Shown: positions 18,282 through 28,706, counted from the stretch's first letter. The stretch: 39,032 nt of DNA from an uncultured archaeon (GCA_964525635.1 CAZGJX010000029.1:1-39032); one strand, 5' to 3'. Notes: generated from the sequence alone by a model not told the origin. Made by a program: numbers and translations.

Positions 18282-19676
18282 TTACTTGTTGATTGGATTT
18301 ATTTTATCAAAATTCATGATACTCAAAAACTTTCTTTTTATTGGATAAAAACCTTTTATTAAAGTTACTATATATGTTATAAAGAATAAAGCTGATGCTA
18401 GGCCGGGGATAAATCCAGTAAGAGTCTCTCCTATTTCTGGAGTCCCACTATAAGTAATTATTGTGTATAAAAATGATACTATTGTTATTATAAAAGAACT
18501 AAGTGAAATAATATATGCTGTTTTTTTACTTATGTCTAAATGAATTGGACCAATCTTTATTCTAAAATGCTTGGGTTGGACTAATATAGCTAAAACAGTA
18601 TGACTTATCCTTTTTTCCTCAAAATCTATGTATATATTAAGATATTTTCTTGTCAAATCTTTTTTCTTTTGTTTGTCTTTTTTCCTTTTAATAGGCATAA
18701 CCGAAAAAATTATAACGGGGGGATTTACAGCATCTTTTTTTACAATCACTTCTCCATATAGAGGATGAACTTCAAATTCATCACCCTCTATTTTTATTGT
18801 TAATATAGGTGGCTCTTTTTTTCTCGTTTCGATTTTAATTTGAGTCCTATATACCACTTTTCCTTCTTCGTCAAGAATTTTTAATTCTTCATATGAAAAA
18901 TAGACATACAATAAATAACTTTTACCTTCCATCATCACAGAATAATATTGTAAGGCCATATTTAGGTTATAAACAATTAAATCCTCTGAGATTTCGTCCT
19001 TAAAGAGTAATGAATCATCTGATTCCATTTTCTTTGCTACTCTTTCTACAAATTCTCCAGTAGTAGGTTCTTCAGGAGGCCCTCCTCCTGGAGGGGGAGC
19101 ACTGCCTGGTGGGGGTGGAGGTGTTGCTGATGGTGCTGGTTGAGGTGCACGTGGAGGTATTAAACGAGGAGATCTTGCAACTGGAGCCTTTTTTGGAGCT
19201 TCTCTAGCTTTCCCGGGCCTTTCCTCCCGCTCTTCATAACTTTCTTCTGGTTCTTGAAAAATACCACGATATCGGAAAAATTCCGATGACCTCCCTACTT
19301 CGTCTGCAGGTCTAGGTGCCATTTCTTTCTTTCTACCTTTTTTAAAACTCTTCTTTTTTTCATAATCTTCTTTTTTTTCTTTCTTCTCTTCTTTATCTGT
19401 CTTAATTCTAAGATTTTTTATTTTTATATTTTCAGAAATTATCTCAGAATTGATGTCTATTATGAAAATATCTGTTCTGGATATTTCTAATTGACCCAAT
19501 GTTTTAAAAATATCATCTAAAATAGCTCCTATCTTCGTAGATTTTTTATAGGATCCCACAAAAGAGTAATCAAGAATTTCAATAGATAATAGTTTTGAAG
19601 ATTGGTCGTAATTAATTTTATTCAAAGATATTTTAAGTTCTGTTATATTATAGCTTAAATTTGATATTTTACTCAC
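18282..19676 (-). CDS. hypothetical protein with Lys/Glu- and Pro-rich disordered region and two C-terminal TM helices
   Basis: 464-aa ORF, GTG start after AGGT; PPRAPQPAPSATPPPPPGSAPPPGGGPP. Stop codon directly abuts the lysR stop. Confidence 0.75.
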   Translation of the reverse strand: MSKISNLSYNITELKISLNKINYDQSSKLLSIEILDYSFVGSYKKSTKIGAILDDIFKTLGQLEISRTDIFIIDINSEIISENIKIKNLRIKTDKEEKKEKKEDYEKKKSFKKGRKKEMAPRPADEVGRSSEFFRYRGIFQEPEESYEEREERPGKAREAPKKAPVARSPRLIPPRAPQPAPSATPPPPPGSAPPPGGGPPEEPTTGEFVERVAKKMESDDSLLFKDEISEDLIVYNLNMALQYYSVMMEGKSYLLYVYFSYEELKILDEEGKVVYRTQIKIETRKKEPPILTIKIEGDEFEVHPLYGEVIVKKDAVNPPVIIFSVMPIKRKKDKQKKKDLTRKYLNIYIDFEEKRISHTVLAILVQPKHFRIKIGPIHLDISKKTAYIISLSSFIITIVSFLYTIITYSGTPEIGETLTGFIPGLASALFFITYIVTLIKGFYPIKRKFLSIMNFDKINPINK

Positions 19677-19889
19677 ACCTTAAACGATATTAATTATTTT
19701 AATACATATTTAAAATTAGTTAAACTTTTTAAAACGTATAGAGATTCATAAGAAATCTTATTATATATATTTTTATTATTGTAATAATGGAATATTTAAT
19801 GGAATCATTCAATATAAGAGAAGATATGGGAATAAAATATAGAATGATAAATATTCTAGAATAAAAAATTTAATTTCTTTAATGGTAAG

Positions 19890-20906
19890 TTATTTTTTTT
19901 TTAAATCTTGGAAAAATACTTTAAATTCAAATAATTTGGGATTGATATCTTTATCTTTTATTGTTTCTATATCCATACCCATTATTTTATTTATGGCATC
20001 ATTTATTATTGTTTGGTTATGATTTGATCCAGCAGAAAGAGTCGTAACTTCATTAAAATTATCTTCCCAAGGTTTAAACTTAGGTTCAGATTCTATAAAT
20101 CTGTTTTCCCATCCTATTTTAAATTTAAATTCTTTTGTTATTGGTTTTATATTTGTTTCATCCCATTTTTGAATTATCCATGGAGCATATTCATTAAGCT
20201 TATCAAAATCTAATACTAAATCATATCTCCATTCATAATGATGAGCCCAATTTCCAATAGCTATGTAATTATCCCCTAAAGATTTTTCATATGAAAAAAA
20301 TTTCCAAGGATTTTTATTCACATCTTCACTCTTAAACGGATTTCCTTTAGTATATCTAAAAGCAAATCCAATGTCTTCATTATTATCTTCCTTATCTTTA
20401 TTTAATTTTAAGTAAACTTCGATTTGAGTTATATCTACTGTTGTTCCAAAGACTTCTTTATGAAATAATTTATTTATAATGTTAAAACCCTCATTTGGAT
20501 GACATTTTCCTGTGAAGATTGGATAATAGACAAAACAGTAATCAATTAACTTATTTTCTAAAATCCTTTTATAAATTTCAATCCAACACTCTATAGGTTT
20601 AATGTTAATATTAGATGTAATAAAATTAAAAAAGAGGAATACTGAACAGACTGATAGTGCTATAATAATATATAAAGAGATAGATAGATAATCTTGGTAT
20701 AATATTTTATAAAAAATAAATGAATTTGTGAGATAAAATAGTAAAGATCCAAATAGAATAATGAATAATATAAATGAACGATGTTGTTCTTTTTCTTTAT
20801 CCTTTTTTGAAAATAATATAATTGGGGCCTTATTTACAATAATATTAATTCCAAAATCATCAATAAATTCCTTAAAATCTACTTTTTTCCATTTAGATTG
20901 AGGCAT
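19890..20906 (-). CDS. hypothetical membrane protein (two N-terminal TM helices)
   Basis: 338-aa ORF; no recognisable motif. Confidence 0.7.
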   Translation of the reverse strand: MPQSKWKKVDFKEFIDDFGINIIVNKAPIILFSKKDKEKEQHRSFILFIILFGSLLFYLTNSFIFYKILYQDYLSISLYIIIALSVCSVFLFFNFITSNINIKPIECWIEIYKRILENKLIDYCFVYYPIFTGKCHPNEGFNIINKLFHKEVFGTTVDITQIEVYLKLNKDKEDNNEDIGFAFRYTKGNPFKSEDVNKNPWKFFSYEKSLGDNYIAIGNWAHHYEWRYDLVLDFDKLNEYAPWIIQKWDETNIKPITKEFKFKIGWENRFIESEPKFKPWEDNFNEVTTLSAGSNHNQTIINDAINKIMGMDIETIKDKDINPKLFEFKVFFQDLKKK

Positions 20907-21112
20907 ATCAAGATTTTTTATAAATTCTAGGTTATAGAGTAAAATAATAATTATAATTGTTTAATAAATAATTTTATTTTTAATTCAACTACATTATTAA
21001 TAATAATAATTATATTCCTACATTAAAAAGAGTATTAATAGATAAATCAAAAAAATTATTCTCTTTGTAATTTTTAATTAATATAGTTCATATTATATTC
21101 TTGAAGAATTAA

Positions 21113-23419
21113 ATGGTAGATTTTGAAAATTTTATTAAATATATTAAAGCTCAGGATTATTATAAGAATCAAATCTCTTATATACAGCACATTCCTGCAA
21201 GAATAGCTCGTTTTGGGAAACTTGAATTACCTCTAAGAAAAAGACTTCAAAGATGGTTAGATGAAAAGAATATTAGTCTTTGGAAACATCAGACTGAAGC
21301 AATTAATTTAATTAGAAAAAAAAATAATACTATTATAGTTACTTCTACAGCTTCTGGAAAATCTCTCTGCTATAATCTCTCTGTGCTTCAAACTATTTTT
21401 CAAAATCCAGAAAATACAGCAATTTATATATTTCCAACCAAAGCTTTAGCACGAGATCAATATAATTCATTATTAAAACTTATGACAGAGACCAATATTA
21501 AAAAAGACCGCTTAGGTGTTTATGATGGTGATGTAGAACCAAATGTAAAAAGACAAGTTTTAACTAATGCTAATATCATTATAACTAATCCCTACGGATT
21601 GCATTATTATCTACCTTGGTTTAAACGTAAGTGGAATAGAATATGTAAAAATTTAAAATACGTTATTTTAGATGAGATTCATATCTACAAAGGTATTTTT
21701 GGTTCTAATTTTGCATTATTAATAAGAAGATTAAAAAGAATACTTGAAAGTTATAATGTAAAACCTGTGTGGGTGCTTTCAAGTGCCACAATTAATAATC
21801 CAAAGGAATTCTCAGAAAAATTAGTTGGGGAGCATTTTAGTGTTATAAAACAAGATGATTCACCTTCTGGTGTTAAGAAGGTAATATTATGGGATCTACC
21901 TTATGATGATATCTCTGGAAAATATAGATCTGCTCATCAGGAAACTAAAAATCTATTTATAGCGCATTTAAACAAAAATATTCAAACATTAACATTTACT
22001 TTATCAAGAAAAATGGCAGAACTACAAGCAATTTGGACGAGAGAGTCATTTCCTCAAATAAAAGATAAAATTCATAGTTATCGAGCAGGAATAAGTAAAA
22101 TTAAAAGAAGAGAAATTGAGAATAATTTTAAAAATAGGAATATTTTAGGAATTAGCTCCACAAATGCCTTAGAGTTAGGAATTGACATTGGGTCATTGGA
22201 TGCAACAATTAGTTCAGGTTTTCCTGGAACATTATCTAGTTTTTGGCAACAAATTGGTAGATCTGGTCGTGGTGAAGAATTATCAATATCGACCCTAATT
22301 CCTATGGAAAATCCCCTTGATTTATTTTATATTCACAATCCTGATATTCTTTTTGGACCAATTCAAGAGAATATACTCATTACTTTAAATAATAAATATA
22401 TTTTAAAAAATCATTTGGCATGTGCATCTAAAGAAAAACCATTAGAAATTGAGGAATTTGATAAATTTGGAATTGAAGATAAAGAATTATATTCAACTTC
22501 TATAAAAGAATTAGTGCAAGAAGACCTATTAATGAAAAGAGGGAATAAATATTACTGGAAAGGAACGTTTTATCCAAATCAGAAATATAGTTTAAATGAT
22601 CTTTCTGATAGAATGTATAAAGTTATCCTGAGAACTCCTCTTAATGATCAATACTTAACTAATGAAGATGAAAGTTTTGTATTTAGGGATTTACATCCTG
22701 GAGCAATATATTTATATGAAGCAGAATCTTATATTGTTAAAGAACTTGACTTTCAAGAGAGAAAGGTATTTATCTCTAAAGCAAATGTAGATTATTACAC
22801 CCAATCATTAAAACACACGGATATCACCCCTTTAGAGGTAATTAATCAACAAAAATCAGGTGATAAAAACAAAATAGAGGCATTTTTTGGCAATGTTAAG
22901 GTTGAACATGATTATTATTCTTATAAAGTGATTGATACGCTTACACAGGAAATAAAAAGTCGTTGCCCTTTAGAAGATATTCCAATAATCGAATTTGAAT
23001 CTCAAGCTTTATGGTTCTATATCCCATTTGAAATCCAAAAGGAATTAGAACTAAAAGGTTATGATCTTGGGGGGACAATTCATGCTATTGAGCATGCTAT
23101 GATCGCTATGGCCCCCGCTTTAGCACAAATATCTCGATGGGACTTAGGAGGTGTGTCAATCGATTTCGATCCCGTAAAACAAGAGCCAATTATCTATATA
23201 TACGATGCTTACCGTGGAGGAATAGGAATCGCGGAATTATTATATTTCAATCTTAATAACTTATTCTCACTTGCTTATAAATTAATTAATACATGCTCAT
23301 GTAAAAGAGATAATGGATGTCCTGCATGTATAATGTCTCCAAAATGCGGCAATAATAATGAACCTTTAGATAAAAAAGGATCAATCTTTGTTTTAGAAAG
23401 ATTATTAAATTCTGATTGA
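21113..23419 (+). CDS. DEAD/DEAH-box helicase with DUF1998 Zn-binding domain (Hrq1/MrfA/SftH type)
   Basis: TASGKS, PTKALARDQ, DEIH, SAT, ALELGIDIG, QQIGRSGR, HAIEHA, YDAYRGGIG, CSC...GCPAC. Confidence 0.93.
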   Translation: MVDFENFIKYIKAQDYYKNQISYIQHIPARIARFGKLELPLRKRLQRWLDEKNISLWKHQTEAINLIRKKNNTIIVTSTASGKSLCYNLSVLQTIFQNPENTAIYIFPTKALARDQYNSLLKLMTETNIKKDRLGVYDGDVEPNVKRQVLTNANIIITNPYGLHYYLPWFKRKWNRICKNLKYVILDEIHIYKGIFGSNFALLIRRLKRILESYNVKPVWVLSSATINNPKEFSEKLVGEHFSVIKQDDSPSGVKKVILWDLPYDDISGKYRSAHQETKNLFIAHLNKNIQTLTFTLSRKMAELQAIWTRESFPQIKDKIHSYRAGISKIKRREIENNFKNRNILGISSTNALELGIDIGSLDATISSGFPGTLSSFWQQIGRSGRGEELSISTLIPMENPLDLFYIHNPDILFGPIQENILITLNNKYILKNHLACASKEKPLEIEEFDKFGIEDKELYSTSIKELVQEDLLMKRGNKYYWKGTFYPNQKYSLNDLSDRMYKVILRTPLNDQYLTNEDESFVFRDLHPGAIYLYEAESYIVKELDFQERKVFISKANVDYYTQSLKHTDITPLEVINQQKSGDKNKIEAFFGNVKVEHDYYSYKVIDTLTQEIKSRCPLEDIPIIEFESQALWFYIPFEIQKELELKGYDLGGTIHAIEHAMIAMAPALAQISRWDLGGVSIDFDPVKQEPIIYIYDAYRGGIGIAELLYFNLNNLFSLAYKLINTCSCKRDNGCPACIMSPKCGNNNEPLDKKGSIFVLERLLNSD

Positions 23420-23561
23420 AGAATTGATTAGTTATTATTATTATTTAATATTTTTATTAGAATTTAAAGAAAAATTTAGAGAACCTTAAATAGTAAAAAT
23501 TTATTATTTTTTTTGGATAAATTATTCCTTTATTAATTATCACATTAAAGAGTTTTTTTCT

Positions 23562-24105
23562 ATGAAGCCCGAGGATAAAGTATTAATTGAACAATTTGAA
23601 CAAGAAATGGGAAAAAAGGCTATTTGGAAGGGGTAAAGAAACAAAAACTTTCTTAAAATGGAAAAAAGCAAGGTTAAAAATAAAACATGAAAATAAAAAA
23701 CAAATTTCATCTCAGGATTCTTCAATAATTATTAATTTAGAAAAAGGATACGATGAAATATTAAATAAATTTGAAGAATATGAAAAAAGACTAAAAAGAA
23801 TTGAAAAAATAATTTTCAATGATAAAAAAGAACAATTAGATGGAGATATATCAAGAGAACAATTACTTACTATCATAAGAGATGTGTATAACTCAACAGG
23901 AAAGTTAATGGGGGATTTTGTACATATCTCGACAATGATTGAAAAAATAAAACAACATACAGAATGGTCGACAGAAAAGATTCATAAAGAGCTATATAAT
24001 CTTTATAAAAAATATAAAATAAATTTACTTCCTGAAAAAACATCTGATGACCAACCATTTATAAAAGATGGAAAATCTTATGTTTGGTTCAAATTAGTAG
24101 ATTAA
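23562..24105 (+). CDS. coiled-coil / C-terminal winged-helix-like protein, split by a +1 frameshift near 23630-23636
   Basis: ATG 23562 gives MKPEDKVLIEQFEQEMGKKAIWKG*. The +1 frame continues GKETKTFLKWKK... as the tracked ORF 23587..24105. Confidence 0.65.
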
Positions 24106-24112
24106 ATTTATA

Positions 24113-25024
24113 TTAGTTTTGAGTTTTTTCCTTTATTTTTTCATCAATACTTATTAATTCATTTTCTACTTCATGAATAAACTCTTCTATTTGATCTTTC
24201 TTTTTCTCATAATTTTGCTTGTTAATCTTATCTTCTAAAAGTAAATCTTGTAAATTTTTAATTTTATGCTTTAATTCTTTAATTCTTTCCAATAAATTTT
24301 GTTTTTCTTCTAAAAGATCTTTAAGAATTTTTTCATCTATGTTAAAAAGAACTTTTTCTTTAGTTTTTTGACTTTTTACTACTTGATTAGTACTCTCTGG
24401 GAGTTTCATCCCTAAAATATTGAAATTATTCAATATCAATCCAACTTTTTTAAAATCTCTACTAATTTTTTTTTTAACTTGTTTTATTATTTTCTCTTGC
24501 TCAACAATAGGTATATTTTTAACTGAATATTGCCCAAAAAATACCCTTAACGATTTAGCAATGATTTTTGTAATCCAGGTTTTCAACTGCCCAATTTTAG
24601 ATATATGTTCTTTTTTTATTATTTTTTCATAAAAAGTCTTTACATGATTTATTGATATTTTTAAATTACCATGTAGGCCAATTTTGTATCCTTCTTTTAT
24701 GGGTATACCATTAATATGTGGTATACCCCAATCTATATTGATGATACTTATATCAATCCAAATAATTTTAAATTCTATATTCTTCCTTTTTTTTGATAAT
24801 TCATAAATACCACTATCAACAGCACTGATTAATTTTGCCTTTCTATAAAAAAGAGCTTTTTCATCTTCTTTTACTATAAAATATTTTTTCTGTTTAAAAT
24901 CTCCATTTGTTTTAGGAAAGTCATATACTATAGGTTTATCTGTTGATTTACCATAAGTTTTTTCCCACACTATATAATCGGGATCAAATTCTTTATAATC
25001 TTTGAACTCTGTTTTTTTATACAT
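24113..25024 (-). CDS. SPFH/band-7-like domain protein with C-terminal coiled coil
   Basis: IVKEDEKALFYRKAK...GIYEL, WG, GLHGNLKISI..., GLILNNFNI pattern; heptad-rich tail. Confidence 0.65.
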   Translation of the reverse strand: MYKKTEFKDYKEFDPDYIVWEKTYGKSTDKPIVYDFPKTNGDFKQKKYFIVKEDEKALFYRKAKLISAVDSGIYELSKKRKNIEFKIIWIDISIINIDWGIPHINGIPIKEGYKIGLHGNLKISINHVKTFYEKIIKKEHISKIGQLKTWITKIIAKSLRVFFGQYSVKNIPIVEQEKIIKQVKKKISRDFKKVGLILNNFNILGMKLPESTNQVVKSQKTKEKVLFNIDEKILKDLLEEKQNLLERIKELKHKIKNLQDLLLEDKINKQNYEKKKDQIEEFIHEVENELISIDEKIKEKTQN

Positions 25025-25240
25025 ATTTTTTTATTATTATGTATCATTCAATCTTTTTTATATAATTTATAGTATATAGATATGTTTTTATAAAATTATA
25101 TTTTGATGGTTCTATTTTTTATATTAGGATTTTTTAGATAAGATAATTTAAAATCTCAATGAAAATATTTTAATATAAAAAAAGAATTAAAATATGTAGT
25201 ACTTATTTTTATACAAATTTAATAATTTTAGGTGAAAAAT

Positions 25241-25453
25241 ATGAGTATTGAAAGTCTTGAAAAACAAGTAGAAGAATTAATGGAAAAAAGAGATAAACTT
25301 GAAGAACAATGTGATACTCTTCCTCAATGTGAAAAAGATGATGGATGTGCGACCTGTAAGGTTTATAAAGAAATTGAAGAAACAGATGCAAAAATAGAAG
25401 AAATTGAGGAAAAAATAGAAAATTTAATGGGAGACGATGAGATAGAAGATTAA
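25241..25453 (+). CDS. small acidic coiled-coil protein with a central 4-Cys cluster
   Basis: GGTGA RBS then ATG 25241 (track starts at GTG 25232); C-x5-C-x5-C-x2-C between two helices. Confidence 0.75.
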   Translation: MSIESLEKQVEELMEKRDKLEEQCDTLPQCEKDDGCATCKVYKEIEETDAKIEEIEEKIENLMGDDEIED

Positions 25454-25617
25454 ATTCCTTGTTTTAAAATAATTACCTTCTAAAAATAAATTTTCTTTCT
25501 ATTTTATATTTAATCCGCTTATTTTCCTTATTATATAATCCAATGAGAAATAGCAAAAGATTATATTAATAATAAAAATAAAATAAAAATAAATTTATAA
25601 AAATAGCTTCTTTAAAT

Positions 25618-26913
25618 TTAAAGAGACATTTTAAATAGAGTTCTAAGGGCCATGCTCATAACATATTGTTGAATTTGTCTGCTTCCACCAACAATTTCTT
25701 GTATTCTTGATATTCCAAGATAATCTTGTATTAACGTATTATCAGATAAACCAGCTCCTCCCATGGCATTAGCACATTCATAACTAATTACTTTTGAAAG
25801 ATGGGTAGTTTGATATTTTAATTGGCTTGCAGATGCAACCATTGCTTGTTTTATATTATTAGGTATTTTTTCTGCTCCGCCGAATTTTTCAACTTTTTGA
25901 TCGAATATCTCACAAAATTTTATTAATCCTAAGGTAACATTAGTTAATTGTGCCCAAAGATCAGTTAATAGGAATCCAACACCTTGGAATTTTATAATTT
26001 CCTGATTAAATTGCTTTCTTATATTAGCATAAATCATTGCATGAACCAAAGCACCCCAACATTGAGATGTGGCAATTTGAGCAATTCCAACTCTTTCATC
26101 AACTAATCCTTCAAATAGATGATCACGACCGGTTCCAACAGTTCCAAGTACATATTCTTTAGGAACTCTTAGATTTACTAAGCTTTCCTTTCCAATCTCG
26201 ATTTTTGGAACCCAAGGGATATTTACTCGTTCACATTGCCATCCTTCCCAACTCGTATTTACAAGAAATTGTGCCATTTTATCTCCTTTATTTTTCTCTG
26301 CAGTGGCATAAACTATAGCCCATTTTGACCTTGGACCATTTGTCTGAAATACTTTTTCACCATTTAAAATAAAACTTCCATCTTCCTGTTCTTCACATAA
26401 GGTCAACTGATGAATTGCATCTGAACCTCTTTCAGGTTCTGTGATAGCGACACATCCTACACATTTCCCTGTAACTAATTCTCTTAGAGCTTCTACCCTC
26501 TCGGGAATATTGTCATGATGAAAATAAAGTGGATTTATAGCCAATACATTAGCACCAGTAACAAAGGCAAATTGAGTATCAAACATATCTATTGGTAAAA
26601 ATCTTAGAAAATCTGCAACTAAACCATGCTGTTCATAATTTTGATCGATAATTTCATAAGCACGAGATCGTGAAAGGTATCCTTTTTCACCAAAAGCACC
26701 AACCCATTCATAAACATCCTCATTAGGCCCATGCGTTATATTATTTTTCTTTTCAAAACGTAAACAAAATCTCTGAACTTGTTTACATAAATTAAATTGT
26801 TCTGGAGTTAAGATAGGCATTAATATGTTATTGATCATACTATAACGATTTTTTAAATTTAATTTCTCTAGAATTTCATCATTTACAACTTGAGTTTTAT
26901 ATTTATGTTCCAT
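25618..26913 (-). CDS. acyl-CoA dehydrogenase family protein
   Basis: AITEPERGSD, LNGEKVFQTNG, RKQFNQ, MGGAG. Glu in GLVDER rather than a YEGT motif suggests an IVD/LCAD-like catalytic position. Confidence 0.92.
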   Translation of the reverse strand: MEHKYKTQVVNDEILEKLNLKNRYSMINNILMPILTPEQFNLCKQVQRFCLRFEKKNNITHGPNEDVYEWVGAFGEKGYLSRSRAYEIIDQNYEQHGLVADFLRFLPIDMFDTQFAFVTGANVLAINPLYFHHDNIPERVEALRELVTGKCVGCVAITEPERGSDAIHQLTLCEEQEDGSFILNGEKVFQTNGPRSKWAIVYATAEKNKGDKMAQFLVNTSWEGWQCERVNIPWVPKIEIGKESLVNLRVPKEYVLGTVGTGRDHLFEGLVDERVGIAQIATSQCWGALVHAMIYANIRKQFNQEIIKFQGVGFLLTDLWAQLTNVTLGLIKFCEIFDQKVEKFGGAEKIPNNIKQAMVASASQLKYQTTHLSKVISYECANAMGGAGLSDNTLIQDYLGISRIQEIVGGSRQIQQYVMSMALRTLFKMSL

Positions 26914-27052
26914 GTTCTCCCACTCATTAAAATTGATTATATTTTCTTAACTTTTAAAAGATTAGGAATCTTAAAAATTTTTTTTAAAAGATTTTTTATT
27001 AAAAATAGAGAATAATTTATTTTTTTAATGAGTATTTTTTTACAATGGAGGA

Positions 27053-27805
27053 TTACATTATCAGATCTTTTAATCTTTGAGAGAATTTTTTCGTTATAAT
27101 TAAACTAGTTTCAAAGGGGCAATTTTCCTTAAATAAAATTACTGAAATAAAACTTTCACTAATTCCCTTTAATGATAATATTCCAAAATCTTCCAATGAT
27201 ATTAATTCCTTTACTTTATAGTTACCGGTTATAAATCTACCCTCTAAAAGGCGAATTATCTCTGATAATACACTAGATTCTAGATTTGAAATAATTATTC
27301 TTCCTGTTTGTGTTAATAAAGCAGAAGAAATTACAAATACTGAAAATGTATGTAATTCATTAAAAACTTTCATTAAATCTTTTTTTACATCATCAGAGAC
27401 TAATTGTTTACTATTTTCTAAGATATTTTCGATATTCTTCTCAAAATCATTAAACTTAGAGATCTCACCTGTGAATTTATGAGTTAAAGAATCCTCATCA
27501 AATTTATCTAGAAATTGACTTTTAATCTCTCTTAATTGATTTCTAAGTTCAACTAAATTATCACCACGATCTGCAAAAATAGCGAATAATAATTCATCTT
27601 TTCTTATTTTTTCAATCTCAAAAATAAATTTAAATGGTCCTACTTCGATCTCAGATAATTTTTCAGTCCTAAGCGTTTGTTTAACAAAAGAGAAAATTGC
27701 TCCAAGAAAACTACTTGTTAATTTTATATCAAATACATCTTGGTATGTTTTATAAAATATTAACTCCCCTGTATTACCTTTCTGAATAAATACATTTTTA
27801 ATCAT
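27053..27805 (-). CDS. longin-like domain fused to roadblock/LC7-like domain
   Basis: N-terminal GELIFYKTY...LTSSFLGAIFSFVKQ (longin); C-terminal SSALLTQTGRIIISNL (roadblock). Confidence 0.7.
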   Translation of the reverse strand: MIKNVFIQKGNTGELIFYKTYQDVFDIKLTSSFLGAIFSFVKQTLRTEKLSEIEVGPFKFIFEIEKIRKDELLFAIFADRGDNLVELRNQLREIKSQFLDKFDEDSLTHKFTGEISKFNDFEKNIENILENSKQLVSDDVKKDLMKVFNELHTFSVFVISSALLTQTGRIIISNLESSVLSEIIRLLEGRFITGNYKVKELISLEDFGILSLKGISESFISVILFKENCPFETSLIITKKFSQRLKDLIM

Positions 27806-27920
27806 TATCTTAAGTTAGCTCTTTTTAAAATAACTATATTTTTTGATATTTAATCAATGATAAATATTATATAAAAAAATTGATGATGAGTTAGTTTTTA
27901 GAAAAAAATATGAAAGAAAA

Positions 27921-28706
27921 TTAAAAACCATCAAATTTAGCCCATTCATCTTCTTCCTCTTCAAATTCTTCTTCCTCTTCTTCGAGCGCTTCTAGCTCCT
28001 CTTTATCTTCGCGCTCTGAATCTTCATCGTATTCTGAATCGAAATCATCCTCGAAGCTTAGGACTTTCTCTAAATCTTGAGGTAATTCTTCTGAGGCAGA
28101 TACCTTTACTTTTGGAACTGGCTTTTTTTCTTCTTCCTCAATTCTCTTTTCAACTAATTTAAGATAATCACCATGTATTTTTATAGTAATAGGTGTTTCT
28201 TCTTGCAATAAACGTACTACTACTTCTTCACTACTTGAAGTATCATGAGGCATTCTCATAACTTTTGCTCTTTCTCCCTCAAATACACCACTAATAATTT
28301 CAACGGTATCTCCTACTTCTAGATATTCTGTGACTGAACGAGGCAATAATACATGTTTGATTTCTCCTAATGATATATTTTGGACAATTCTTCCTTTTAT
28401 ATGAGGTATTCCTTGAACTGCTATTTGAACATCATGTTTTTGAGGGGCCTCAAAAAATATATATCCCGGAAGTAAAGGAGATATAAGAATTGCTTTAATG
28501 TCAGGAATAATATCTAAAATCCTAAATCTATAGAATATCTGTCTTAAAATATTGCTTTCTTGATTTATTGTTGTTCTGACAGCAAATAAAGTTGTCATAT
28601 CATCGATTTCTTCCTTCTTGCTAGCACTAATTATCTCTTCTAATTCAAATTCCTCTGTGTTTGCATCATCTAGATTTTTTTCAGGCTCTGTCAATTTTCC
28701 TCTCAA
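27921..28706 (-). CDS. spt5: transcription elongation factor Spt5/NusG with acidic terminal extensions
   Basis: NGN domain (FAVRTTINQE, PGYIFFEA) plus KOW motif (VGDTVEIISGVFEGERAKV). Confidence 0.9.
   Translation of the reverse strand: MRGKLTEPEKNLDDANTEEFELEEIISASKKEEIDDMTTLFAVRTTINQESNILRQIFYRFRILDIIPDIKAILISPLLPGYIFFEAPQKHDVQIAVQGIPHIKGRIVQNISLGEIKHVLLPRSVTEYLEVGDTVEIISGVFEGERAKVMRMPHDTSSSEEVVVRLLQEETPITIKIHGDYLKLVEKRIEEEEKKPVPKVKVSASEELPQDLEKVLSFEDDFDSEYDEDSEREDKEELEALEEEEEEFEEEEDEWAKFDGF

Noticed and set aside
21113-23419. DISARM or other defence island
   Set aside because: No methyltransferase, PLD nuclease, SNF2 or DrmA partner nearby.
27921-27990. WASP-type acidic (DEW) Arp2/3-binding motif at the Spt5 C-terminus
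   Set aside because: No WH2 or central segment, and the context is a transcription factor; likely a convergent acidic-aromatic motif.
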